In this document: one piece after another, positions 1-11,945 of the stretch
Layout of the letters: each line of letters opens with the position of its first letter
Numbering within the stretch: position 1 is the stretch's first letter
Assembly: GCA_050084515.1 (NCBI GenBank)
Contig: CM114271.1
Location: 19,778,001-19,842,000 of the forward strand
DNA length: 64,000 nt
Source: Blasia pusilla
Taxonomy: Eukaryota
Reading direction: 5' to 3'
Position numbers and translations under genes: made by a program
Notes under the pieces: model-generated
The model's database searches: none
What the model was told of the DNA's origin: nothing
The model's input: the letters and a program-made list of their open reading frames with translations, nothing else

Positions 1-1540
1 CCAGGACTTTGTATCGACTTTCGTGGCAGCGGCTCTTACCGAGGATCTTCTCCACGTTGATGATCTTACGAGGATTGGTGACCCTCAAGTCGCCCGGCAT
101 TCTCTCTTCTTGTTTTGCTCGTAGACCTGGTTACCTCACTAGAACTGTCTGGACATCTAGTCACCTTTCTTCCCTATATAGATCCTTTGATAGGAAGCTC
201 ATGCAGGTGTTTGGGGATCTTCTAGGACCCGGCTCCTTAGAGTGCCCCATGGGGGAGTTAGCTCGTAGACAGGCCTCTTGGCCGATTTCTTTTGGTGGAG
301 TAGGTCTTCTCTCGAGCGAGTTAGTGGCGCCCTCCGCTTTTTTAGGGAGTTGGGCCATAGTGGCACCCTCCTTTGCTCCCGATTTTTGGTTAGAGATAGA
401 CCGCTCCTTCTACACTACGTCTCCTGTGTCGAGGATGGCTCTTTCCCACTTCAGTCTTCACTCACGCCTTGTAGAGATTCCCTTGAGTTGAGGCCGAGCC
501 GTTCTCCCCACTTTCTCCTCCTTAGTTACCTCCGGTCGTCGGCCTGGGCTCCAATCTTCCTTGATGGAAGCCCACTTTGAGGCAATTTTAGAGGCACTAT
601 GTCCGGACGGGAATATCCCCATGGAGGTTAGGGGCCCGATTCGCTCTTGCCCGGAAAGGGGCAGGCTCATGGGTAGGGGCGCCCCTTCTCCAAAGCTTTT
701 CGTGATCGCACCACTTACCTATACCACAGCGATGCGGTTCCGCTTGGGCCTCCCCAACCATCGGTGGTTGGTTCGACACATCGCGAGTGTCGCCGAGCCT
801 GGATCCACTTGGTGTGCATTTGGCACGCTGTCACTTGGGGTGAGAGGATAGCCACCACGATGCAAAGGCGGGATATCATGTTCAGATTGCTCGGGAGAGT
901 GGCTTCCATGTGCAGAGAGAGAGGCACTACTCCATGCGGGATTCCCTCATTCGTGCCGATCTCTACATGACACGTGAGGTCGAGGTGGTTGTGGCGGACG
1001 TGGTAGTCACAGATCCTACGCGGGAGGCAGTGCGAGCCCAAGTGGTGGCCCAAGGGCGAATGCTACAAGGAGCGGCGGCGGCGACGGCGGCGGCGAAGAA
1101 GACACATATCTACTGATCGACTACACGAGGACACATCTTCATCCCCTGGCCATAGAGATGTATGGGGCTATGGGGGAGAGGTTCGACTTCGTTCTCACGG
1201 ATCGCGCCCATCATCTCCACTCGAGAAATGGGTTGTCCTTAGCTATCTGCGATTCTCAGACAGGCAGCGGGTCTCCATAGCGTTGCAAAGCGCTGCCAGG
1301 CTAATGGGATTTTGCGGCGGGCTCAGTCTGTGGGAGACGCCGGCGCTAGAGGCCCACTTAGTAGTAGTCATAGCTCTCTTGTTGTTGCTGATATTGTCTC
1401 TGCTGTTGGTGAGTTTCGTCGTTAGGGGGGGGAATGCCCCCTTCTTCCTTTTCTGGTCGTGTTGTGGCCTTCAGGTTTTGACTCTTTGAGTCCCCCTCTT
1501 TTGTACTTCCGATGGGTTTTCCATCACTCGTTTTTATCGA
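1..1540 (+). mobile_element. Degenerate non-LTR retrotransposon 3' part, restriction-like endonuclease (CRE/R2-type); runs off the window start
   Basis: Motifs across frames: WPISFGGVGL (RT thumb), MRFRLGLP plus a Cys/His knuckle, GERIAT, RADL..VVADVVVTDP (PD-D/ExK core), KKTHIY and FIP.AIEMYG. Frameshifted. The 3' tail (1464-1527) recurs at 11871-11935. Confidence 0.65.
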
Positions 1541-1985
1541 AGTGCATCTTTCTTCTCTACTGTCTAGAGGTGCGTTCCCAAGTTTGAAAAGACCGAACCG
1601 AGATGGACGGACGGACCGGTGGTCCATTCTGATGCCACGATTTCTCAGAGGCGGAATTCGGACGGCTATTGCGTCCGGCGCGAAGTTCCGTTCATAGGTG
1701 GCTGATTGTCGTGCTCTGTGGAGCGAGAGAAAGAGCGACAGACTTTGGTGTCAGACTTCAGAGAATCGCGAGTGGATCTTCGTGTCCGTTGCGTGATTCG
1801 GTCTCCCCAAGAATTGCGACTCCGCGAATTAGTTTAATTATGGTATCATAGATTCTAATGCGCAGGCTTCGACAGCCCAGGTACAAAGTGCGCACGCTTA
1901 CCAGCTCCACTTCGAGTCTGCATTTCTCCTCCTCAGAATTGTGAGACGGAGCCAGACATCGAGATCGAGAGAGGGAGAGGAGGCA

Positions 1986-4900
1986 ATGGGGGCAAGAAGA
2001 TTGCTTATGCTTGTGGGTCTATGGGCAATTTTCTTCGTAGAGTCATCTACAGGTATACCTTTCTCCGAAGTCCTTGCTGTTACCGTGTGGAGATGGGAGA
2101 CGAGTGGCTCTCGACATTTGTTTTGCATCTTTCATTCCTCTGTTGTAGCCAAGCTCTGGGGCTTTCCCTGCGGCTCTCGCTGTCTTCCAAGAATAGTGAA
2201 GGAAGTGCTCTGTTAGGCCCTCGCTCTGTGGTCTCTCCGACATCGTAGATAGTCGAGAGTGCGAGAGTGCGAGGGAGAGCTTACCTCGCTCCTTTTCTCT
2301 CAGCAGCTCCGCAGTACAGGAGGGCCTGCTGTGCTCATGGTTCCGGTGGCCATAGAACTCTGCCGTCCTTCATAGCCATGGGAGAAACTAGGATGACAAT
2401 CTTTGGCGAAAGAAATGCAGTGTCCAGATTATGGTCACGAGCTATCATTTTGTTGAGAGATCTGGGGGCCACAGATGTTCTTTGGAGCCGGGGGGGGGCT
2501 CTTTAGCTCACAGTGAACTTCAATTTAGGGAGTTTTGAGCCTGTTACTTAATTCTCCAGTACGAGTCTGTAACTTAATTCTCCAGTATTAGTTTGATGTA
2601 CAAGAGTATCGGAGTGTACGTATGCTATATCACCCACGTCCACACTTCTTCAGTGTAGCGCAAGCCTAATTATTTGAAAACTGACCTGACTGGATGTTGG
2701 AACGGCTCAGAGCTTACTTTGCTGACGGCTTTCTGGCCTCCGCATTCAGGGTCACAGAGTAGCGATGCAGTTCCTACCATCGTACTGGATGACGGCCTTG
2801 AAGTTTCGACAAAGGTTGGGAAAGATAAAGCAATTTTCGATTATTATGTGTTTTCTCAGCAATGGCCTGGGAGCTACTGCAAGAGGAAGGGAACTTGCTG
2901 TAGCAAGTATAGTCCACACACGCCTCTCCTTCTCTTTGCATTTCTGTCTTGATTACGTGTTTGTGTGAGGATCTTTTAGCTCAATTTTTTCGTGCACACA
3001 AGAACTACCGCTCTTGTATCCATTCGAATTGATTATTGTCAATGTGGGCAAGGCAATTCCACGTTTTAGGTCTCATTGTACAGAGGAGTGGAGATTAAAG
3101 CCACAGATTCTGCTTCTGACTCGGTTTTCTCGTCAATCGTCATTTTGCAGCGTGGTGCTTCCAGCGACTTTCACAGTTCGTAAGTCCACGATTGGCTATC
3201 GCTCTTGACCATACAAGAAACGACTGCTAGCGATTTCTGTAGTTAGGTGTTGTTTCCAAAGAGCATACAAGCTCATGGAAAGATTTGTGGGGCTGGTCTC
3301 TGAGATATGTCTAAGATTCTCTTCCAAGAGTACTGTACTGTTACCATAGCTGGCTGTTGTTTCCAAGTGGACAAAATTTTTTGGGAAACAGGTGTGGGAT
3401 TTGTCTCGGAAATTTGGGTCTTCGTCTAAACTGAACTTTTAATCTGCTTCCGTAGTTGTGTGTTGTTTCCAAGTGGACCAAAATTCGTGGAAGTGGTTTT
3501 CGAGTGAGACTAACCTCTGAGATTTGGAATATGTATGAGCGGCTTTCCAACGATTGGTGATTTTGTTGCACTTATGCAGACGGGCTATGGCCCGAAAATG
3601 AGGATGGGAGCTGGCCGTCTTGCTGTGATGGCCCAGATTTCGACCAAGACAAGGTAGCCTCCTTCTCTGAGTCGGTAGTGGTGGGAGTGAGGCTTTTTTC
3701 TCGGTAGGAAGGAATTGTGAAGTTATTGTTAGACTTGGAAGCATACGCTGCTGTTGCAAAACTAGAGATTGGATGATAAGAGCTGAGAATATGAACTTCT
3801 GATTGGGAGGAACGGTAGAGGAATTGGTTGAGAACGTGCAAAGCGGGGTTCTCAAATGTTATGGTGACTGCATACTTGTGGTTCAGGTGTCCGAGCTCGA
3901 AGACCTTCTGGATCAGTACTGGCCCACTCTCAGCTGTCGATCTCCCAGGCAGTGCAGCGGCAGGTCTACCGGCTCATTCTGGCAGCACGAGGTACGCTGC
4001 GACAGAAGTAGCACTGATGAGAGAGCCGCATGTGGACCTCAACACTGTTGGTTTTGGCTTCTTCTCAGATATTTCCTGCCATGGACGAGTCCAGTCTACA
4101 GATAGTGTAGTCGGTGTAGTAGTCACAGTGTGTCATCGTTCGATTCTTCTTCCTCCTAAAGGTCGACGGAGCTGCTCAGGAGTGATCGCATGTCATGCGC
4201 ACCTAGGACAATTGTAGTAATCGAAGCTTCTTTCTTCTCACGAGTTTGTTGATTGTCTATGGCGGGGCATCCGGTGCGCGGCGCTGTCATCTCCACGATT
4301 CGCGACGCAGTGGGGTACAGTTCTGTACTCTCCTACCCGCAGAATTCGCTATGCCTTGCTTTCTTGCTCGGGTGTTGCTGCTGCACGTACACTTTTCTGG
4401 CGTGACTGATCGATTTCATCTGAGCTACGCCGTCCGGTCTAAATTCCATCGCTTTGACATTGATCTTAGAAGATGAGAGAGAAAGAGCGAATGAGTCTCC
4501 CTTTCTTCGAATGTGGGGAGCATCATGGTGAGGAACTGATAGCGTTGGGCCGGCTGTTGACTGTCTAGCGTCAACGTGCGAGGTCCTGCAGTTTTTAGAC
4601 CTCCTGGATGGTAGAAAACTTAACATCGGCTTTGTAAATCGTTGCAGAAAAGCATGGAACCTGTTCTTATCCCTACATCCCCGACGAGGCAACCTACTTC
4701 TCCGTCGGGCTGAATCTGCGCATGAAGTACGATATTACGGTAAGTGACCACGCGCTGTTGATCTCTGCCGCAAACGCTTCTACGAGTTGTGATTCTAGAT
4801 CTGATTTCTCAACGCTTTCTATGGAGTTGGAAGGAGGGAGTCGGTCGCCGACAAGACAGTGCACTTTACTGGAGATACATTCATACAACACTTTACTCCG

Positions 4901-5471
4901 ACCGCGTTCATCTCTCAAGAAACCTTGGGGTTGCATGATCTGTGTCGTTAGGTTGTCGATCTCTGTTTGGTCCTGCTCCCTAGGATTCATTTGACGAGAT
5001 TGTGGAGCTCTGAAGGCTGCGATGTTGTGGTCGATCACCTGTGCAGAAAATCTTCACCGAAGCTGGCTTCCCCCCAAGCAAGAGGAAATACAGAACATCC
5101 GATCTGCTTGCTGCCCTCGAGGACTCCGTTGGAGCCCAGCCGCTTATCTCCTGCACTGGTAATTTCATCAACGAAGTGTGGATATGTTTCACCAAAGACT
5201 TGAAGGTGCGTTCCTCCGCCCATCCATCCTAGCAGCCGAAGCAAGGATATTTTCAAACGTTTTCAATGTTCATATCCATCCAGAAGGAATGCTTGGAACC
5301 GAGAGTGTTACCCGAGTCAGAGCACTTCTGCATGGATATGTGATTTCCATTCTGATCCCTGACTTGGGTGGGTTGCAGATACGTGATTGTGGGGTAACTT
5401 CAAATAGCTGTGGACGCCAACTAGAAATCCCGCCTTTTACCTTAAGGTCGGAGCTGGACGAGTCCATGTGA
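1986..5471 (+). CDS. RNS2: Ribonuclease T2, class II (RNS2-like), secreted/vacuolar. Exons: 1986-2052, 2750-2906, 3151-3179, 3580-3653, 3887-3991, 4311-4314, 4648-4739, 5047-5205, 5379-5471
   Basis: Signal peptide MGARRLLMLVGLWAIFF, FDYYVFSQQWPGSYC, CAS I FTVHGLWP and CAS II FWQHEWEKHGTC assembled over GT-AG introns with consistent phases; stop at 5469-5471. Confidence 0.92.
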
Positions 5472-8400
5472 ATCCTACAGGTTCCGCTGCCCTTGATCAC
5501 AAATGTGGGAGAGAATACTTAGCCTATGGTCAAGCGAGAAGAACTTTCTTTCTTGGAACCTCGACTCGACCAGAGTTTGGCTATTAGAAATCAACTCGAT
5601 TTCCGGTATCCGCCTCGATTATGAGTGGACATTTGGTCGAGACACTAGTCTCTGCGCTTGATTAAGGAAAACATCTTTTGGCGTTTTCATGCTTTAAGCT
5701 ATGTGCACATCCATCGCAGTATGTAAACTACAGAGCGCTTCTGTTCACTTTCACTGGAAGCAAACACCTGCGAGACTTGGTAGCAATGTCTGTCAGTCGC
5801 TTGGGCAATTTGTGGCGTAATTGACGGTGGAATGTGGTGTCTCAACGTCCCGGTCCGTAGAACGTGTGATGCGACTCTATCTCGACGAAGTCATGAACGA
5901 TTCATAGGGAAAACTACAGAGTCTGCAAGAATCTTCAACAGCAGGTAGAAAGCAAAAAAATCTCCTCATCCCGTCTCTTTACGCGCAGCCTGATTTCGTG
6001 ACCAATCCAGACCTCTCTCTGGCTGTGTTTTTTTATCAATCTTGCAAGTCCTTTCTCCATACGGGCTCTTCTTGCGTTGAGTCAATCACATCACGATCAA
6101 GGCAGTCCCTTGAATACTCTTCTTAAACGCAGGGCTGCCGGATTTGCAATAAACACCATCCCCTGCAACAATCCACAGACGCACCGCGGTAGGAATTCGA
6201 ATGAAAAGGAAGCTGATCGCAGTGTCACCCGAACCGAAAAAAAATGTACCGATCCATTCCAGTCCGCCGCATCTCGGGATATCACTGGCCTAAACAGTTA
6301 GGTGTGGCCGAGAGTTTTAGAAACCGCTATGAAGCGGACGGGATGTCAAATGCCTACAGAAATTCATGCAGGAGTCCGCCTCACGTGAACCTCCAAGAAC
6401 ATTCTCAAAAGATTTATGACATCTTCCGCCAAAATTGAGATTTAATCATATGTGATGTAGAGAAGCAAACAACGTTGGGCAGCCTCATCTCAAGAAAACC
6501 TGTGATGACGTACCGCATGCAAGCGCCATTAATGGTGGTCCGCATATGCCGGGAGTTTTCACACTTCATGCAATTCTTTCTTGAAGTATACAACATCCAC
6601 TTTTCGTTTCTAGGAAGAAGTAACCCCTCGATAAACATCCTAGTCTTCGTTATGAACACAAACATTTGTAGTTCGTAGAAACCATCCGTTTGAATTTGTA
6701 TACATTATTTGTATACGAGTTTTTGTGACAAGAGATAGCATCATTAGTTATGTATATCAAAAAAATCCCACTAATTATACAAACCACAATAAACTCCCAC
6801 TATTTATACAAACCACAATAAAGACTAGGGAAGGCAAGTTGTGGAAATAGGGAGGGGATTTATATGTTTATATACTAGGATTTGTATACGAAGGGAGTTG
6901 AGAATAGGAGAGGATACGACGGGATGAAGACGCCCTAATTTAATTCACAGGAGTCGCAAAATTGGTACGAATTTAATTCACGAGAGTTCGTATGCATTAC
7001 AATAAATCAAAATTTACATCCAAAATTTACATCCACCGTATACATGTAGGTGCCGTAATAACTAGTAATTTTTTGCCACAGGATGATTCACGGTGAGATG
7101 AAAAATTGGAGGAAGATAAAGTGAAATTAAATAAGGTTTAAATTTTTTTTAAATAATAAAAAATAAAGATCTATATTTTTATAATAGATATAACTTGGCT
7201 CAAGAAAAATCTATCCCTTTTTCAATCCCCGTATTTCAATAAATAAAATAAAAAATCACTTATTTTGATGAATTTTTTTCCCAAAAGAGGGACTAAATTT
7301 TTCCCCCAATCTAGCTTGAAAGTTTAAAATGATATAGAAATAATATGTCTTGTTTTATTTTGAAGAATAAATCTTGTCCCATTCGTGTCCTATTATCCTT
7401 TTCATTTTTTTCCCAAAAGAAAAATTAATTTCTCCTCAAAACCAAACTTTAAATTTCGTTTGCATGAGCCTTGAAAAAATAATTTTAAAATTTCAAATGA
7501 GGAAAGATTTTAAAAAATGAAAGAGACTCTAGAAGATTTCATCCGGGGAAGATGTTTGAATTTGAGTTAACTATAAATAATTAATTATTATGAAAACCTT
7601 ACCCATTCTTGTTTTATGCTTAGTGTAGGGTAAAATTAAAAAATTCATGGACAAATTTGATAGGGGTCTTCAAAGTTTCTCAATTAGTAAAAAAAATCCA
7701 TTCATTTTAATCCACATTTTGTCTAAAAATACTCTAAGAAAATTCCTCAAAACTAAAGCTTGAAAAGGAGATCAAATGACGTAGTTCTAAAGTAATATGT
7801 AATTCCAAAATTAACTTGAAACAAAAAAAATTAGTTTTTTCCCCAAATGTTGAAATAATAATTTTCTTTTCTAAATGAAAAAAAACTGATAATGAAAGTG
7901 GTAAATTTCTTTTTGGGATTTTTTTAAAATTTTAAATTTACCTTTAAAAAATTAAAAATTATTTAGAAACCTATTTTCTATTCAAATATTAGCTTAGTAG
8001 AGAGAAAATTAAACAATAATTGAATATCTGACAAGCTTGACACGCGGTGTTCGCAGGGAGCTCCTTAGCCCGGGCTAAGGCGCTTAACAGTATGATTTGT
8101 TTCGTGTTCTCTAGTCCAATTTCCAAACATAACCCTTATGCCAAATAAACGGAGAGTGATCAACTGCAATTAAGTGTCGAATCCGAAAGCAAATGTGTTA
8201 TTTCACAAATCATTCACAATAATTATTTATTATTAGAGAGTGCATACACCTCTTTGTTTGACACGCGACAATTGGGTAGCAAGAAAATGTTTCACATGTT
8301 TATGGTAGCAAAAATTTAAATTTGTGTGTCTTATTATTAGACCCTTCATGGACTATAAGTTAGCAAAAGCTATTCAAACCCTTTTTTATTTACCTTACTA

Positions 8401-9331
8401 GTAATGTATTTCTAAGATCTCCCTTGTCTTAACTTTAGTATTTTCTGTCAATCCCCTTGCTACTTTCTTGAGCCACGCTTCACAAAATTATTCACTATTT
8501 ATATGAATGAAAAAAATTTACATGTAGGATGAATAAGGTGTAAAATAGTGCCAGATTTTTTTTCCCTTTTATTTCTTGTTTATAATAATTTATGTGTTTC
8601 GTTAATAGCAAAGATTTTTACTCTAATTTTATTTTTTCTTATAATATTTTTATTTTTTAAATTTTAATTTTAATTTCACATATTTTTTTGGAAATCATCC
8701 ATCACACTTTTTCGTTTGGGAAAATTATTTATTTATTTTAAAAAATAAAATCCTCAAACTCATTTCCCACCCTCTCAATTGAGAAAAATATAAACCTCCC
8801 CATTAACTTCCCTTAACAAATTCCCTTCCCGCTCTCCCCAATCTAAATTTAGATGTCAATTATTTCCTCTTGTGGTTAGTTGCGCATCAAAGCGACAAGA
8901 TATTCCAAAAAACCAATTGATTACTTGCATAATGAGAAGCAAAAAGACCATTAAAAATGAATGGATTAATTCATCCAAGGAGAGTCTAGAAGATTCAATA
9001 AAATTCTACAACTTTTAAAGTTTACCAATTTTTGGATTAAACATTATCCATGAGCAAGTTCGTAAGGGAGAGCCATTATTATAGCTCCTACAAGTACTAG
9101 CACCCTCTTTTTTTCCTTTATCCATCTAGTCTATCCACATGTCCTCCACTCAATGTGTTATAGTTATTTTTTTCCCCACCTCTCAAAAAGCCCCAAACTG
9201 TTTTTATTTTTAACATGCATACATACGAGGTACTTCCTTAGGTAGCCGCAGGCCCTCAAGCGACACGCCTTATTAGTGTCTTCACCAATTGAAATTAGAT
9301 TGATGGAGAAAATAAAAATAATGGAAAGACT

Positions 9332-10606
9332 CGTCAAGGAGTGCTTGTTGCAGCATGTCACCATGTGGAGGAAAAAGAAGAAGTGAAGTAATTGTAAAGG
9401 GTGGCACTTTGGTGACATGTGGATTTTTTTAACTATGAGTCGTGTCATATTAAGCAAAGAAAAAGACTCAATTTATGGTCGGTTTTATAATTCTGAATTT
9501 AAGGATTCACGACATGCGCTAGAACTTCTTACATTAAATTAAAAATGTAAAAACTGTGTAAATAAAAATTAATTTAATATTTTTATTTATAATCAGAAAA
9601 TAATTTTGATAAATGCAAAACATGCCGACCTTAAATTTTTTAATTTATTTTTTAGTCCCTTTGTTGTACTCCCTATAGGTTCTTGTTTCCTACGGATCCC
9701 TTACTAGTAACGTTAATAATTTATGTTTCAACTATGAATGAACCTAACTTAACATGACCTAAAGTACTTTCAAGAGAAATCTAATGATTAAATTAAACAG
9801 TTAAAAATTTTAATTAAATTAAAACCTAAAAATTTACACCTTCCAATTAGAATCTATGTAATTAAAAAAGGAATGTTTACAGGAAACTCTCCTTTTTTAA
9901 AGATTCCTCTATAATCTATAAGAGTATGTACCTTGTGATGCACCGGCAAGAGTTCTTTTAATTTAATTATTATCTTTAAATGATATCTCTTATCTCAATA
10001 ATCATAGTGGACTCTTAAAAAGACACGTGTCAACATGTGAGGAGAGTTTCTTGTAAACCCATCCTCTTTTTACTACCTAGATTATAATGGGAGGATATAA
10101 ATTTTTAGCTTTTTAATTTAATCATTAAATTTCTCTCTAAAATACTTTAGGTCATGTTAAGTTGGGTTCATATAGAGTTGAAACATGAATTATTAACGTT
10201 ACTAGTAGGTTTTGAAACAAGAACCTATAGGGAGTACAACAGAGGGACTAAAAGATAAATTAAAACACTTAAGGACGGCATGTTTTGCATTTATCAAATT
10301 TATTTTCTTATTATAATTAAAGATTTTAAAAATCTTGATAAATTTGTTTTTATTTACAATTCTTTTACATTTTTAATGTAAGATGTTCTGGCGCATGTCA
10401 TGAGTCCTTAAATTCATAATTATAAAACCGACCATAAATTGAGTCTTTTTCTTTGCTTAACATGACACAACTCATAGTTAAAAAAATCCACATGTCACCA
10501 AAGTGCCACCCTTTACATTTACTTCACTGATTCCTTTTTTCTCCACATGGTTACCCAAAAAGAGTTGTAGCAATGGTCCACTTGCTACAACAAACACTCT
10601 TTGACG
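9332..10606. mobile_element. Foldback/MITE-like non-autonomous element with long imperfect inverted arms (~9332-9892 and ~10041-10606)
   Basis: 9384 tgaagtaattgtaaagggtggcactttggtgacatgtgg is the reverse complement of ~10488-10526. Matches continue inward to ggaaactctcc/ggagagtttc. AT-rich, no ORF. Confidence 0.8.
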
Positions 10607-11870
10607 CCATTCTCTCCCTCACCTAACTCGAGGTATCAACAGACAGATATTTCCCTACCACACTATTACTTTGAACCAAGAAACTCCTTACCACAGTGTG
10701 CTGTTTCCTGTTCCTAACCCGACGCGTCAATCAAGGAACTCTCGACAACACCGTGTCCTTACCCGAGAGGCGTTACTCACCTGATAGGTAGGTGTATCAT
10801 CCGAGAGACGTTACTTGGCAGTCCACAAGATGTGGGCATGCTACTGAACAGCTATGGGGGTGCCAGAATCTTATTCACTGAACGCGACGGACAGCAATGG
10901 CGGTGCTGGCTCGGGGTTGAGAATGAAAGAAAGACAACGGACGTGGAGAGAGAGGACAATAAAGAAAATAAGAGAGCGTTCGCTCTCTGTCTCTGGGACC
11001 GAAAACACACTATCGTCGACAAGCGTACTCACTTAAAACTCGTCGTGTCATCGCCCTTACGTGTACGATAGGCGTTTTTTTCACTTTGCGAATGTGCGCG
11101 AGGACTGGTGGTCCATCGGATTGCCTCCACCACGTGGCACTCCTGTGGCGCTTGGGAAACGCTTGTGCCTAAACGGAAAAGAAAGCAGTAGCAGAGCACA
11201 GAAGGATCGACTCGGAAGCCCAAGACCGACTCGCGAGAATCGCTGGCGTTCATCGTTGACATGCAGCTGCAGCCCTTCGATTAGTGCGGTTTACGTTTTC
11301 TCGGCAGTGGCTGTAGATGTGAAGTGAAGGGACTGGAATCCAATCAATACAAAAAGTAGATGGTTTGCTTCACAACTGAGAAACGAAAGCCAGACCTAGT
11401 GATGAATGGATGGGAAAGTAGCGTAGGGATAACTTGGGGGTAGCTGACAAGCGATTTACTCGAGTTCGGGGAGTTTTTTCGTGGGACCCGGTATATTACT
11501 GGGAATGGTAAATCGGCAACGGAAATTCCGGTTTTTGAACCGGTTTTTCAGACACGAAATACAAAGAGCATCCTCAAATCCAACCGGTTTTTCGTAGGCA
11601 GTTTTAAAATTGATCGGAAATTCTCAAATTTAACGGGTTAGCCTTACTCCTTTCACTGGATCATTGATTTATTCCCGAGTGAGGAGTTTTATGACATGGA
11701 AACAACTCGCTAGACAGCTGTGGTGCAGTATGACTACGCTACTTCAATCGTTATAAGCTTTGAAAGATATATGTAGAAGAAGTATAAGTTTGGGCGGTCG
11801 GTCATGATCGCGATAGTGTGGTGTCCGGCTTGTGATTCTCCCATCTACTTTTATTCAGGCCAAGACCGCA

Positions 11871-11945
11871 TGTGGCCTTTGGGTACTTGACTCTTTGAAT
11901 CTCCCTCTTTTGTTTTTCGGATGGGTTTTCCATCATGAATATTTA
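11871..11945 (+). repeat. Short copy of the 3' tail of the non-LTR element at 1-1540
   Basis: tgtggcctt..ttgactctttga.tc.cc.tcttttgt..gatgggttttccatca is shared with 1464-1527. Confidence 0.6.

Noticed and set aside
5950-6700. Short ORFs in a moderately GC-rich stretch downstream of the RNase T2 gene
   Set aside because: No recognisable motif or consistent splice structure.
8260-8350. Similarity to ~20907-21000 within AT-rich tracts (6700-9300 and 19900-21100)
   Set aside because: Probably decayed non-autonomous TE sequence, but termini and TSDs could not be defined.
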